Positions 43,801 through 54,004 are shown, counted from the first letter of the stretch. The stretch: 64,000 nucleotides of DNA from an uncultured Syntrophomonadaceae bacterium (GCA_964467475.1 CAYXQO010000005.1:8894-72893), one strand, 5' to 3'. A program made the numbers and translations. Notes: a model not told the origin generated them from the letters alone.

Positions 43801-45795
43801 TTGAAGGCTATCGATGAAACTGCCGTTAACACGATTCGTTTCCTGGCCGTTGACGCTGTCGAAAAAGCAAAATCCGGGCATCCCGGTTTGCCCATGGGCG
43901 CCGCGGCTGCCGCTTATACCCTCTGGACAAGGTTCCTCAAGCATTGCCCCGCAGATCCGAACTGGCCCGACCGTGACCGTTTCGTTCTTTCTGCCGGGCA
44001 CGGCTCGATGCTGCTTTATGCCCTGCTGCACCTCTTCGGCTACGAGCTTTCCTTAGAGGAAATTAAAAATTTCCGCCAGTGGGGCAGCCGCACCCCCGGC
44101 CACCCGGAGTTCGGGCACACCCCCGGCGTGGAAACCACCACCGGGCCGCTGGGCCAGGGCTTTGCCAATGCCGTAGGGATGGCTATCGCCGAAAAACGCC
44201 TGGCCGCGGAATTCAACCGCCCCGGTTACCCCCTGGTTGACCACTACACCTACACCCTTGCCGGAGACGGCTGCATGATGGAAGGGGTCGTTTCCGAGGC
44301 GGCCTCGCTCGCCGGCCACTACCGCCTGGGCAAACTGATCTGCCTTTACGACGACAACGAAATTACCATCGATGGCAGCACGGAAATAACTTTTACCGAA
44401 GATGTGGGCAAACGTTTTGAAGCTTACGGCTGGCAGGTCTTAGCCGTAGAAGACGGCAACCAGATCGAGCAGGTTGAAGAGGCGATCACAGAAGCGAAAA
44501 AGGACTCAACGCGCCCCACCCTGATTATGATCCGCACCCGGATCGGCCACGGTTCCCCGGAAAAAGAAGGCACCGCCGGGGTGCACGGCGCCCCCCTGGG
44601 CGAAGAAGAGGTGGCCGCGACCAAAAAAAACCTTAGCTGGCCGCTCGAGCCCGCCTTTTACGTGCCCGGAGAAGTGTACGATCATTTTGCCGCCTGCAGG
44701 AAATCCTGCGAGGAACAAAAGCAAAAATGGGACGCGCTTTATGCAAAATACCGCGAAGAATACCCCCAGGAGGCCGCGAAATGGGACAGCTGGTTTTCCG
44801 GGCAAGTCCCCCCTGAAATCCAAAGTGACCCCCGGCTAAAGGATTTTGGCGAAGATGCCGATGCCACCCGCTCCAGTTCAGGCAAAGTAATGCAGGTTTT
44901 AACCGAATACCTGCCCAACTTATTCGGCGGCTCTGCCGACCTTGCTGCTTCCACCAAGACTACCTTGAAAGATAAAGCGGAATTCCAGCCCGGCAACCCC
45001 GCCGGTAACAATATTCACTTCGGCGTCCGCGAGCATGCCATGGGCGCTATAACTTCAGGGATCATGCTGCACGGGGGCCTGCGCCCCTATGCTTCCACTT
45101 TCCTGGTCTTTTTCGATTACATGAAACCGGCGGTCAGGCTGGCGGCAATGATGGGTCTGCCCGTGGTCTATATTTATACCCACGATAGTGTCGCCGTCGG
45201 CGAAGACGGCCCCACCCACCAGCCGGTGGAACAGCTGGCCCACCTGCGTTCCATTCCAAATATGCACGTCCTGCGCCCGGCCGACGGTAAAGAAACCGCC
45301 GCCTGCTGGTGCCATGCCCTGGAGCGCCGCTGCGGCCCCACCGCCCTGGTTTGTTCCCGCCAAAAACTGCCCCAGCTTGCAGGCACCGGGGAAGAAGCCC
45401 GCAAGGGGGGCTATGTCATCAGCGAAAGCCGGGACAAAGAGCCCGATTTAATCCTGATCGCCACTGGCTCCGAGGTGAGCCTGGCCCTTCAAGCAAAAGA
45501 AACCTTGGAAAAGAAAGGATCCAGTGTCCGGGTAGTCAGCATGGTCAGCCGGGAACTTTTCCTGGCCCAGGAAGAGGCTTACCGGGAGCAGGTCCTTCCT
45601 GCCGCGGTAACGCGCAGGCTGATCATCGAAGCCGCCCACCCCTCAGGCTGGGAAAGCTTTGCCGGGCCGGATGGAGCGGTGCTCGGCATCGAGAGTTTCG
45701 GCGCCTCTGCGCCGGGACCGGCAGTGATGGAAAAATACGGCTTCAATCTTGAAGCGGTGGTCGAAAAAGCAGAAGAGCTGCTTGCTTCAACGTAA
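43801..45795 (+). CDS. tkt: Transketolase
   Basis: 664 aa, TPP-binding GHPG...GDGCMMEG and [14 protein letters not shown] motifs. TTG start. Confidence 0.95.
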   Translation: MKAIDETAVNTIRFLAVDAVEKAKSGHPGLPMGAAAAAYTLWTRFLKHCPADPNWPDRDRFVLSAGHGSMLLYALLHLFGYELSLEEIKNFRQWGSRTPGHPEFGHTPGVETTTGPLGQGFANAVGMAIAEKRLAAEFNRPGYPLVDHYTYTLAGDGCMMEGVVSEAASLAGHYRLGKLICLYDDNEITIDGSTEITFTEDVGKRFEAYGWQVLAVEDGNQIEQVEEAITEAKKDSTRPTLIMIRTRIGHGSPEKEGTAGVHGAPLGEEEVAATKKNLSWPLEPAFYVPGEVYDHFAACRKSCEEQKQKWDALYAKYREEYPQEAAKWDSWFSGQVPPEIQSDPRLKDFGEDADATRSSSGKVMQVLTEYLPNLFGGSADLAASTKTTLKDKAEFQPGNPAGNNIHFGVREHAMGAITSGIMLHGGLRPYASTFLVFFDYMKPAVRLAAMMGLPVVYIYTHDSVAVGEDGPTHQPVEQLAHLRSIPNMHVLRPADGKETAACWCHALERRCGPTALVCSRQKLPQLAGTGEEARKGGYVISESRDKEPDLILIATGSEVSLALQAKETLEKKGSSVRVVSMVSRELFLAQEEAYREQVLPAAVTRRLIIEAAHPSGWESFAGPDGAVLGIESFGASAPGPAVMEKYGFNLEAVVEKAEELLAST

Positions 45796-45806
45796 ATAAG
45801 GAAACA

Positions 45807-45835
45807 GGAAGCAGAGGGACGGGGGTAGTGCTTCC
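45807..45835. repeat. REP-like hairpin family 2 copy directly 3' of tkt
   Basis: GGAAGCA-GAGGGACGGGGGTAG-TGCTTCC. Nearly identical to 3454-3482. Confidence 0.6.
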
Positions 45836-45890
45836 TTTGAATTGAAATAGACCACCTGAGCCCGGAGATAACAGATGGGAGGAACTATAT

Positions 45891-46625
45891 ATGGTCGATC
45901 AAAAAAGACCCGGCGGTGAACTGGCCAGTCGCCCGCTGCACTTTATCTGGCTCTGCGATTGTTCCGGTTCGATGGGAGTGGACGGAAAAATCCAGTCCCT
46001 GAACAATGCAATCAGGGAAGCGATCCCGGAAATGCGGGAAACAGCCTCAGAAAATCCCAATGCCCGGGTGCTGATGCGGGCGATCAAGTTTTCCAGCGGA
46101 GCCCAGTGGCATATCTCCCAGCCCACCCCGGTGGAGGAATTCAAGTGGGAAGATTTAAGCGCCGGCGGGGTCACCGACATGGGCAAAGCCTTTAAGCTCC
46201 TTGCCGAGCAATTAAAAATACCGCCCATGGAAGAACGCGCCCTGCCTCCGGTGCTGGTGCTTGTCTCCGACGGCCAGCCCTCCGACGATTACGGCAGCGG
46301 CCTGCTGCGCTTGGAAGAGCTCCCCTGGGGGCAGAAAGCAGTTCGCCTGGCCATAGCGATCGGCGAGGATGCTGATCACGAGGTGCTGGAGAAGTTCATG
46401 GGCCGCTATGCCGCGGAAGTGGGCCCTCTGCAGGCAAACAACCCCGGGGAATTGAAAAACTTCGTGCGCTGGGTCTCCACTGAAGTGGTCAAGTCGGCTT
46501 CATCGCCCCCGAGTGAAGGCTTCGAAGAGGCGGGCGACAAAGAGCGCCTGACCGGCAATGTCCCGATTCCCCTGCCCCCGGGCACTGAAGAAGAGGGTCC
46601 CGGTAGCCCGGATGATGTCTGGTAG
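45891..46625 (+). CDS. von Willebrand factor A (TerY-like) protein
   Basis: MIDAS DCSGSM and LVSDGQPSD. 244 aa. First gene of the vWA-PP2C-kinase cluster. Confidence 0.85.
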   Translation: MVDQKRPGGELASRPLHFIWLCDCSGSMGVDGKIQSLNNAIREAIPEMRETASENPNARVLMRAIKFSSGAQWHISQPTPVEEFKWEDLSAGGVTDMGKAFKLLAEQLKIPPMEERALPPVLVLVSDGQPSDDYGSGLLRLEELPWGQKAVRLAIAIGEDADHEVLEKFMGRYAAEVGPLQANNPGELKNFVRWVSTEVVKSASSPPSEGFEEAGDKERLTGNVPIPLPPGTEEEGPGSPDDVW

Positions 46626-46636
46626 GGAGCGGCCGG

Positions 46637-47551
46637 ATGAGAAAAGCACTGCAGCGTAACCCGGGCAAGCACAAACCGGTCTGGCGCGTCCTGGGAGAAA
46701 GCGCTCGCGGCGCCGCCCATGCCCGGTGCGGCCGGGCGAACCAGGATGCGATCAGCTGGCGTCCCCTCAAGAACGGGGCACGGTATGCAGCCCTGGCCGT
46801 AGCAGACGGTCACGGCGGCGCCCGGTACTTCCGCAGCAGGACAGGTGCGCACTTAGCCGCAGAAAATGCCGTCCGGGTATTAGAGGAATTCAGGCGGGCG
46901 CACCGCTTTACGGCCCCCCTTTCGGTGGTCAAGAACGTGGCCGAGGAAAAACTGCCCTTTTTACTGTACCGCCGGTGGCAGGAAGCGGTGGAGGAACATT
47001 TTAAAAATAATCCGCTCAGCGAAGCCGAACGCGAACAGCTGCCTGCAAACGCTTCAACGGCAAAAGCGGCGGAGGAGAGCCCGCACCTCTGCTACGGGAC
47101 CACCCTGCTGGCCCTGCTTTTAACCCCGCGCTACGCCGTGGTCCTGCAGCTCGGCGACGGCGATATTCTCACCGTCTCCGAAAAAGGCGAGGTAATGCGG
47201 CCGCTTCCTGCGGACCCGGCCCTTTTTGCCGAAGAAACCAGCTCGCTCGGCATGCCGCAAGCCTGGCGGGAATTTCGCGTCTGCTTCCAGGCCTTTACCG
47301 GAAAATATCCCGCCCTGTTCATGGTTTCCACCGACGGTTATGCCAACTCATTTCAGGGCGACCGCGAGTTTTTAAAGGTAGGCCCCGATCTTTTCAATCT
47401 TCTTAATACCTGCGGTCCCGGCGAGGTCAGCGCCAACCTTTATAAATGGCTTGAAGAAGCATCCCGGCAGGGTAGCGGCGACGACGTGACCCTGGGGCTG
47501 ATCTACCGGGTTACGGCAGCACAGCAAAATAGGCTTTGGCGGAGGTTATGA
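46637..47551 (+). CDS. PP2C-family Ser/Thr protein phosphatase
   Basis: ADGHGG motif, GTTLL...GDGDI. 304 aa. Confidence 0.85.
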   Translation: MRKALQRNPGKHKPVWRVLGESARGAAHARCGRANQDAISWRPLKNGARYAALAVADGHGGARYFRSRTGAHLAAENAVRVLEEFRRAHRFTAPLSVVKNVAEEKLPFLLYRRWQEAVEEHFKNNPLSEAEREQLPANASTAKAAEESPHLCYGTTLLALLLTPRYAVVLQLGDGDILTVSEKGEVMRPLPADPALFAEETSSLGMPQAWREFRVCFQAFTGKYPALFMVSTDGYANSFQGDREFLKVGPDLFNLLNTCGPGEVSANLYKWLEEASRQGSGDDVTLGLIYRVTAAQQNRLWRRL

Positions 47552-47913
47552 AAATGGAAAATATGCCGAATGTAAAAGTAGTAATGGCCCGCTGCAGTGG
47601 TAATAATAAAAGTTTTGGCATTCGCCTGGAGGAAGTCACTGCCGGCAACTGGCTGGCCGACTGGGCTTTTGATATCAAGGATCAGCAGGCCCGCAAGGAA
47701 GGCTACCATGAAAACGTGGTCGCCGGCGAGTTCGACTTTGCCACAAACTACCCGGGCTGCCCCCACTGCGGCCGTGATTCCCTGGTGCGCTGTATTTGCG
47801 AAACCGTTTTCTGCTGGGACGGAGACCACCGCAAGGTAAAATGCCCCGCCTGCGGCAGAAAGGGCCGCATCGGCACCGCGATCAGCAGGCTTAAAACAGA
47901 CATTGACCGCTAA
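47536..47913 (+). CDS. Small Cys-rich zinc-ribbon protein (possible TerY-C-like metal-binding partner)
   Basis: 125 aa with CPHCG...CIC...C...CPACG Cys clusters. Overlaps the PP2C stop and precedes the kinase. Confidence 0.55.
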   Translation: MAEVMKMENMPNVKVVMARCSGNNKSFGIRLEEVTAGNWLADWAFDIKDQQARKEGYHENVVAGEFDFATNYPGCPHCGRDSLVRCICETVFCWDGDHRKVKCPACGRKGRIGTAISRLKTDIDR

Positions 47914-47940
47914 ATCTGCGGAGGTGAAGGCGTTAACCCC

Positions 47941-49323
47941 ATGAACCAGATCCTTGAAATCGGCCAGGAGGTCATCTCCAAAAACACGGGCAAAGTGATC
48001 GCGGTAGAGCAGTTCCTGGGCGGCGGCGGCCAGGGCGAGGTTTACCGGGTCAGCCTGCAGGGCAGGCCTTTAGCCCTGAAATGGTACTTCCCGGAGGCGA
48101 TCACCCCTGCTTACCGTAAAAACTTAGAACGCCTGATCGACAAAGGTCCGCCCAACCGCAACTTCCTCTGGCCGATGGAAATTGTCTTCGACGAGAATTT
48201 AAAATCCTTCGGTTACCTGATGCCGCTCCGGGACGAGCGTTACAAGGGCATCGTCGATTTAATGAAAAGGCGGATCGACCCTTCTTTCCGGGCCCTCGCC
48301 CTGGCCGGCTTCAACCTGGCCCACAGCTTCCTGCAGTTGCACTCCAAGGGGATGTGCTACAGCGACATTTCCTTCGGCAACGTTTTCATGCACCCCGAAA
48401 GCGGCGATATCTTGATCTGCGACAACGACAACTGCATTTTCGACGGGGAAAAAGCAGGCATCAAGGGCACACCGCGCTTCATGGCGCCCGAAGTGGTCTT
48501 GGGGGGCAACCCCAATACCCAGTCCGACCTTTTTTCCCTGGCCGTCCTGCTTTTTTACATGTTTTTCCTGCACCACCCCCTGGAAGGCCGCCGGGAGGCG
48601 GAAATCAAGTGCTTCGACCTGCCGGCGATGAAAAAACTCTACGGCGCAGAGCCCCTTTTTATCTTCGACCCTGCAAATGATGCCAACCGCCCCGTGCCCG
48701 GCCTGCACGACAATGCCCTGATTTACTGGCCGCTTTATCCCAACTTTTTACGCGGGCTGTTCACGCGGGCCTTTACCACCGGGATCAGCGACCCGCAAAA
48801 CGGGCGCGTCCGCGAAACCGAGTGGCGCGCGGCGATGCTGCGCCTGCGCGACTGCATTATCTACTGCCCGGCCTGCGGTGCGGAGAATTTCTGCGATCCC
48901 GGGCAAGGGGGCGAAGAGGATTACGCAAGCGCAGACCCCGGCGCCCAGCCCGGCCGGGACTCAGGCGGCACAGAAGCCGGCCGCTCCCAGGCAGGAGTAA
49001 GTTGCTGGTCCTGCCGGCGGGAGGTGCCCCTGCCCCCGCGACTTAAACTACCCTCCAGGCCGGTGATGCTAAACTACGATACCAAACTTTACCCGCACCA
49101 TATCGATCAAAGCGCCGGTTTTGATTTTAATCATCCCCTGGCCGAGGTTAACCGGCACCCCGAAAAGCCCCAAATCTGGGGGCTGAAAAACACCGGTTCA
49201 GAAAAATGGGTTTGCACCACCGTAGACGGTGCGGTGAAAGACGTCCCTCCCGGGAAAAGCATCACCCTGGCGGTGGGAACTAAGATTAATTTCGGCAAAA
49301 GCGAGGGGTTAATAGAAAAATAA
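47941..49323 (+). CDS. Atypical (non-RD) Ser/Thr protein-kinase-like protein with Zn-ribbon and C-terminal FHA-like domain
   Basis: Glycine loop GGGGQGEVY, the LALK lysine and GTPRFMAPE. The catalytic loop reads YSDISFGN instead of HRDxxxxN. Also CPACG...CWSC and a C-terminal G..N.GS..W....G......G..I.L..G.KINFG FHA-like pattern. Confidence 0.78.
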   Translation: MNQILEIGQEVISKNTGKVIAVEQFLGGGGQGEVYRVSLQGRPLALKWYFPEAITPAYRKNLERLIDKGPPNRNFLWPMEIVFDENLKSFGYLMPLRDERYKGIVDLMKRRIDPSFRALALAGFNLAHSFLQLHSKGMCYSDISFGNVFMHPESGDILICDNDNCIFDGEKAGIKGTPRFMAPEVVLGGNPNTQSDLFSLAVLLFYMFFLHHPLEGRREAEIKCFDLPAMKKLYGAEPLFIFDPANDANRPVPGLHDNALIYWPLYPNFLRGLFTRAFTTGISDPQNGRVRETEWRAAMLRLRDCIIYCPACGAENFCDPGQGGEEDYASADPGAQPGRDSGGTEAGRSQAGVSCWSCRREVPLPPRLKLPSRPVMLNYDTKLYPHHIDQSAGFDFNHPLAEVNRHPEKPQIWGLKNTGSEKWVCTTVDGAVKDVPPGKSITLAVGTKINFGKSEGLIEK

Positions 49324-49326
49324 CGG

Positions 49327-49405
49327 AATGCCCAGGGGACGGTTCGAGCGTCCCGAAGCACAGCGAAGGCCGAAGGGAAGACGATGGAACCGTCCCCCTG
49401 GCATT
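49327..49405. repeat. Long hairpin (19-bp stem AATGCCCAGGGGACGGTTC / GAACCGTCCCCCTGGCATT, 41-nt loop) right after the kinase stop
   Basis: The arms are reverse complements with one indel. It shares the GGGACGGTTC core with the family-3 REPs. Confidence 0.6.
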
Positions 49406-49455
49406 ACGCTACCCCCCTGACACAGGCATAGACCTACCCAAACGGAGGAACGGCA

Positions 49456-52182
49456 GTGAACAACCAGGTAGCGCGCGTGCTAAAAAATTTAATCGAAGAA
49501 TACGGCAGTACTTTAGGCAGTGATGCTCGGCGTTGCCGGGCGCTTTTGAATGACTACTGCGGTCAATATAAACGGGAAGTCAACGCCCTGCTGCTTGCCC
49601 TCCAGCAGGGTGTGCCCGCAGCCCTGCTTGCTTCCCCGGAAACACCACCTGAGATCATCGAAAACCGCCTTACCGCTAAACTGGCTGAAGAACTGGGCTT
49701 GCGCGTAGAGATTTCCCGCTGGGCAGTGCAAACCTGGGCTTTTGCCCTGGGGATGAGGTCCGTAGAACCGGCAGGTTCGCTCCTTAAAAAAGAGAATCAA
49801 GAGCCCAAACCTAAAAAACCGGCAGGAAAAAAGCAAGGCCCTGCACCACGGCAGGGCTTAAGCGCACCCGCTAAAGAAGAGCTCCCCGGCAAGCCACCAG
49901 AAAAACTTAGCCTGCGCGGCCACCGCGAAGCGGTGCTCGCAGCGGCCTTTTCACCTGATGGCAAGCTGCTTGCGACCGGCAGCAGGGACTATACCGCTAC
50001 CGTATGGGACACCGCAACGGGCGAAGAATTATTGGTCCTGCGCGGCCACAACGGTTACGTGGAAGCGGTGGCCTTTTCCCCAGACGGCAAGTTTCTTGCC
50101 ACCGGCAGCGGCGATTATACCGTCCGCCTCTGGGAAGTGGCTTCCGGTGAAGAGAAAGCCACCATGCGCGGCCATAAAGCCTGGGTTTTCGCAGTGGCCT
50201 TTTTCCCGGACGGCAAGCTGCTTGCCTCGGGCAGCTGGAATAAGACGGTGCGCATCTGGGATACAACCTTTCAAAAGAAGCTGCAGATCCTGCGCGGCCA
50301 CGAGGCGTGGGTGCTTTCAGTAGACGTTTCCCCCGACGGGAAACTGCTTGCCTCCGGCAGTCGTGACGGCACTGTCCGTCTCTATGAAACCCCCGGCGGC
50401 AAAAACCTGGCCGTGCTGCGCGGCCACAAAGATTGGGTTAACGCGGTCGCTTTTTCGCCCTGCGGGAAGCTCCTCGCCTCGGGCGGCAATGATCACAACA
50501 TCAGGCTCTGGGATACCGCGTCAGGGGAAGAACTGGCCGTAATGCAGGGCCACAGCAAGCCCGTGCAAACAATAAGCTTTGCACCCGACGGACGCCTGCT
50601 TGCCTCGGGCAGCCGTGACGAAACCCTGCGCCTCTGGGACCCGGCTTCTGCGGGCGAACTGGCGGTTATCAGCGGGCATGAAGGCTTCGTGGGCGCGGTG
50701 GCCTTCGCCCCCGCAGGCGGTTTTCTCGCCTCAGGCGGGGCAGATGGCAAGATCCGTCTCTGGGATGCCGGAAAATGGCTTGAACGTCTGGCTGAAATTT
50801 ACGAGGCCACTCCCTCCCTGCACCTCCGCCACCAGCATACCGGCCGCCGGGAAACGGCAAAAGAAGACTCTGCTTTAAACGACCAAGCAGCAGATCAGGA
50901 AACTGCCGCACCGGAAGAGCAGGCCGGAAAGAAAAAGAAACAGGAAAGCGGCGGTGAAGCAGCTCCTGCGGAAGGTAAACCGGGCAAAGAAACACTTGAA
51001 ACTGTTGCTGAAGAAAACTCAAGGCCACAGGAGAAAGCTGAGGGTTCTAAAGCGCAGGAAAAGCAAAAGCAGAAAGCCCCGCCCGACGACAGACCCGCCG
51101 GCTCAACCGGTGCTGCGCAAGCGGATCAGCATACCACCCTGCCCCCATCTAAGCGCCCGGCCCCCGGGAAAACACCCTCCACCCGCTACCAGGTGCCTTA
51201 CGAGCTGGCAGTGCTGCAGGGCCACAGCGGCTGGGTCTGGAGCCTCGCCTTTTCCCCGAATGGCAAGTCTCTTGCCTCGGGCAGCCGGGACAAGAGCGTG
51301 TGCCTCTGGGACCTTACCCCTGCAGACGACGCTTCGCTTTCCGGGCAGTTCTGGCCCGGCAGCTTTAACGGTAAGCGCAAAGTCCTGCGCGGCCACCGCA
51401 AGACCGTCTTTTCAGTTTCCTTTTCCCCTGACGGCAGGCTGCTTGCTTCAGGCAGCGGCGATAAGACGATCCGCCTCTGGAACACTTTCTCAGGCAAAGA
51501 GCTCGCCGTCCTAAGGGGCCATGACTATACCGCCGGTGAAGTTCTCACAGTAGCCTTTTCCCCCGGCGGCAGGCTGCTTGCCTCGGGCAGCCTCGATAAA
51601 ACCGTGCGCCTCTGGAACGTGGCAGCGCTAAGAGATAAATCAATCCTACGCCGCCTGTGGCAGGTATTTTCCGGTAAAAAAGCACCTGTCCTGCGCGGCC
51701 ATCGCAACCCGGTGCTCGCGGTTGCCTTTTCCCCGAGCGGCCGCCTCTTAGCTTCCGCCAGCTCTGATGAAACCGTACGCCTGTGGGATGTAGCCACCGG
51801 CGACGAGCTTGCCGTTTTTTCCGGCCATGAAGACTGGGTCAACGCCGTATCTTTTTCCCCCGACGGCAAGTCTCTTGCCTCTGCCGGCTACGATAAAACC
51901 GTGCGCCTGTGGAACCTTTCCACCCGCAAAGAGAGCCTGATCATGCGCGGCCACACCAACGTGGTCCACTCGGTTGCCTTCTCCCCCGGCGGAGACCACC
52001 TCGCCTCCGGCAGCCTGGACCGCACCGTCAGAATCTGGGACGTGGCCACCGGGGAAGAACGGGCGCTACTAAAAGGCCACCAGGACTACGTGGTCCCGGT
52101 AGCCTATTCACCGGATGGCAGGGTGCTCGCCTCGGGCAGCTATGACCGCACCGTGCGCCTCTGGCGCCTGCTCTCCTTTTAA
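49456..52182 (+). CDS. Giant WD40-repeat protein: about 150-aa N-terminal domain, two 7-bladed propellers separated by a K/E/P/A-rich linker
   Basis: At least 14 repeats of the LRGH...V..VAFSPDG..LASGS.D.T.RLWD type. 908 aa. Confidence 0.9.
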   Translation: MNNQVARVLKNLIEEYGSTLGSDARRCRALLNDYCGQYKREVNALLLALQQGVPAALLASPETPPEIIENRLTAKLAEELGLRVEISRWAVQTWAFALGMRSVEPAGSLLKKENQEPKPKKPAGKKQGPAPRQGLSAPAKEELPGKPPEKLSLRGHREAVLAAAFSPDGKLLATGSRDYTATVWDTATGEELLVLRGHNGYVEAVAFSPDGKFLATGSGDYTVRLWEVASGEEKATMRGHKAWVFAVAFFPDGKLLASGSWNKTVRIWDTTFQKKLQILRGHEAWVLSVDVSPDGKLLASGSRDGTVRLYETPGGKNLAVLRGHKDWVNAVAFSPCGKLLASGGNDHNIRLWDTASGEELAVMQGHSKPVQTISFAPDGRLLASGSRDETLRLWDPASAGELAVISGHEGFVGAVAFAPAGGFLASGGADGKIRLWDAGKWLERLAEIYEATPSLHLRHQHTGRRETAKEDSALNDQAADQETAAPEEQAGKKKKQESGGEAAPAEGKPGKETLETVAEENSRPQEKAEGSKAQEKQKQKAPPDDRPAGSTGAAQADQHTTLPPSKRPAPGKTPSTRYQVPYELAVLQGHSGWVWSLAFSPNGKSLASGSRDKSVCLWDLTPADDASLSGQFWPGSFNGKRKVLRGHRKTVFSVSFSPDGRLLASGSGDKTIRLWNTFSGKELAVLRGHDYTAGEVLTVAFSPGGRLLASGSLDKTVRLWNVAALRDKSILRRLWQVFSGKKAPVLRGHRNPVLAVAFSPSGRLLASASSDETVRLWDVATGDELAVFSGHEDWVNAVSFSPDGKSLASAGYDKTVRLWNLSTRKESLIMRGHTNVVHSVAFSPGGDHLASGSLDRTVRIWDVATGEERALLKGHQDYVVPVAYSPDGRVLASGSYDRTVRLWRLLSF

Positions 52183-52694
52183 AAGGAGCGATTGATTAAC
52201 CCGCCCCCGTAAAAAATTAAGCGTAAAATGGCAGGAAAAACCTTGCCCCGCCTTGTATAATTAAGGTACGGGTATTTTTCGGGTATTTTTGTGAAAGAGG
52301 TGTGACAGAAGGGACGAGGCAAATAAGGCACATGCCAGAAGGCAGATCACAGAAGAAACATTATAGAAGGAATGGAGCAATTTAGTCACAGATTAAGTAA
52401 ATTTGCTTGTAACGACCATAACGGTCATTAAAGCAAAGGTTGTAACCGGCCCTGTCTGCATGGGGACAGGCCGCCGAAAGCCAGGTGGGATGGCTTGATC
52501 GTGCGTAAGCGCCAGCGATGGCAGAAAAAAAGACGACTGGCCGAATAACACAAAAAAAAGGGTTGCGAATGTCAAAAAGCGCTGGTGGTGGCCGAGGGGG
52601 AAGACGAGGATGGAACCACCCCTGCTGGTGCCCCACTGGTTTTTAATACGTAAAAGACATTCAAAGAAAGACTGCCCTGGTAAGGAGGAATAGT

Positions 52695-53651
52695 TTGCGC
52701 AATAAACGGAAAAAAAAGAGACTTTCCCCGCTAATTACTTTTCTGGTGCTGCTTCTTTTTGCCGGGGCGATCACCGCCTTTTATTACCCTGAGATGGCCG
52801 GGGAAGTTCGCGAATTTTTCTCTATAGATCTCGCCTCAATGCCTGCCGAACCGGAACAGGAGGCTGAAGAGGGGCCTGCGGAAAAAACAGAAGAAACAGA
52901 AGGTGCCCCTTCGGAGCAGGAACCGGTTGAAGATCCTTTTGCCGAAAAAAAAGAGGATCAGGCGGAGCCTGCGGAAGAAACAGAAGAAGAAACAGCCCCG
53001 GAGGAACCGGCAGAAGAAGAACCGGCAGCAGAAGCTCCCGCTGACCCCGGCGAGGAGAAAGAAGACTATCAGGTGATCTCAGACGGCGATTACTTGCAGG
53101 CCCTGGTGACCAAGGAAACCACCTTAAAAAGCGATTATGTGCCGGCTAATTTAAAACCGCTCCCCGATTACTTAAAAACCTCTGGCGAGATGTATTTACG
53201 GGCGGAAGCCCTGGAGCATTTAAGGAAAATGGCTGATGCGGCCGCCGAAGACGGGGTTACCTTACAGGTGGCTTCCGCCTACCGCAGCTACGATACCCAG
53301 AAATATATTTTCGAAGACTATGCCAGCAGGCACGGCGAAAAAGAAGCGAACCGTTTCAGCGCGAGGCCGGGGCAGTCAGAGCACCAGCTGGGCACCACTG
53401 TCGACTTCGGGGGGACCGCAAAAGATTTCAGCGCTGCATTTGCCGAAACTGACCAGGGCCGCTGGCTGAAAGAAAACGCCTACCGGTACGGCTTTGTGAT
53501 GAGCTACCCCGAAGGCAAGGAGCACATCACCGGCTACATTTATGAGCCCTGGCATTACCGCTATATCGGGGTTGATGAAGCGATGCGCTGGAAAGAGTCC
53601 GGCCTGACTCTAAACGAGTACCTCGAGCAGCAGGAGCAGTTTTTTGAGTAA
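52695..53651 (+). CDS. M15-family D-alanyl-D-alanine carboxypeptidase (VanY-like) with acidic EETEE-repeat N-terminal region
   Basis: TM anchor. SAYRSYDTQ...SEHQLGTTVDF...YEPWHYRY motifs of the M15B/VanY fold. Confidence 0.85.
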   Translation: MRNKRKKKRLSPLITFLVLLLFAGAITAFYYPEMAGEVREFFSIDLASMPAEPEQEAEEGPAEKTEETEGAPSEQEPVEDPFAEKKEDQAEPAEETEEETAPEEPAEEEPAAEAPADPGEEKEDYQVISDGDYLQALVTKETTLKSDYVPANLKPLPDYLKTSGEMYLRAEALEHLRKMADAAAEDGVTLQVASAYRSYDTQKYIFEDYASRHGEKEANRFSARPGQSEHQLGTTVDFGGTAKDFSAAFAETDQGRWLKENAYRYGFVMSYPEGKEHITGYIYEPWHYRYIGVDEAMRWKESGLTLNEYLEQQEQFFE

Positions 53652-53839
53652 AGCCAAAAAAAACAGCAAACAGGTAAGGCGGCGGCCCTGAACCGGGTTG
53701 TCTATTTGAGTAAAGAGTCAGCGGGGTGGATTAAAAGAAGTTTAGCTGTGCCTTTGTTTTCTTGCAGCCCTGTGCTATAATTATTGAAAAAACCCGAAAC
53801 AACCGGTTTTAAGCTTATAAATTTGAGGAGGTGTTGCAG

Positions 53840-54004
53840 GTGGGTCATCCCGACCGCAGGTCGAAGCGTGAACTGAAGCGGAAAAAGAAACGCCAGAAAA
53901 TGCTGCCCCGGCGCAACCTCTACGATCAAACCCTGGATTTAACCCCCTATAACACCGTGGGCCCGATGGCCAAAGGGGAAGAATTCACGATCAAGTATAA
54001 ATAA
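53840..54004 (+). CDS. Possible small basic protein (54 aa), GTG start after GAGGAGG
   Basis: VGHPDRRSKRELKRKKKRQKMLPRRNLYDQTLDLTPYNTVGPMAKGEEFTIKYK. Strong SD 8 nt upstream and TATAAT about 55 nt upstream. Below the ORF-track size cutoff. Confidence 0.3.
   Translation: MGHPDRRSKRELKRKKKRQKMLPRRNLYDQTLDLTPYNTVGPMAKGEEFTIKYK

Noticed and set aside
49900-52100. Highly repetitive nucleotide sequence suggestive of tandem DNA repeats or CRISPR-like periodicity
   Set aside because: The periodicity is about 126 nt and reflects WD40 blade repeats within one long ORF. The units are divergent at the DNA level, with no constant repeats or unique spacers.
52382-52636. 84-aa minus-strand ORF in the peptidase leader region
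   Set aside because: No RBS, proline/arginine-rich nonsense composition, and it overlaps predicted RNA hairpins. It is more likely noncoding.
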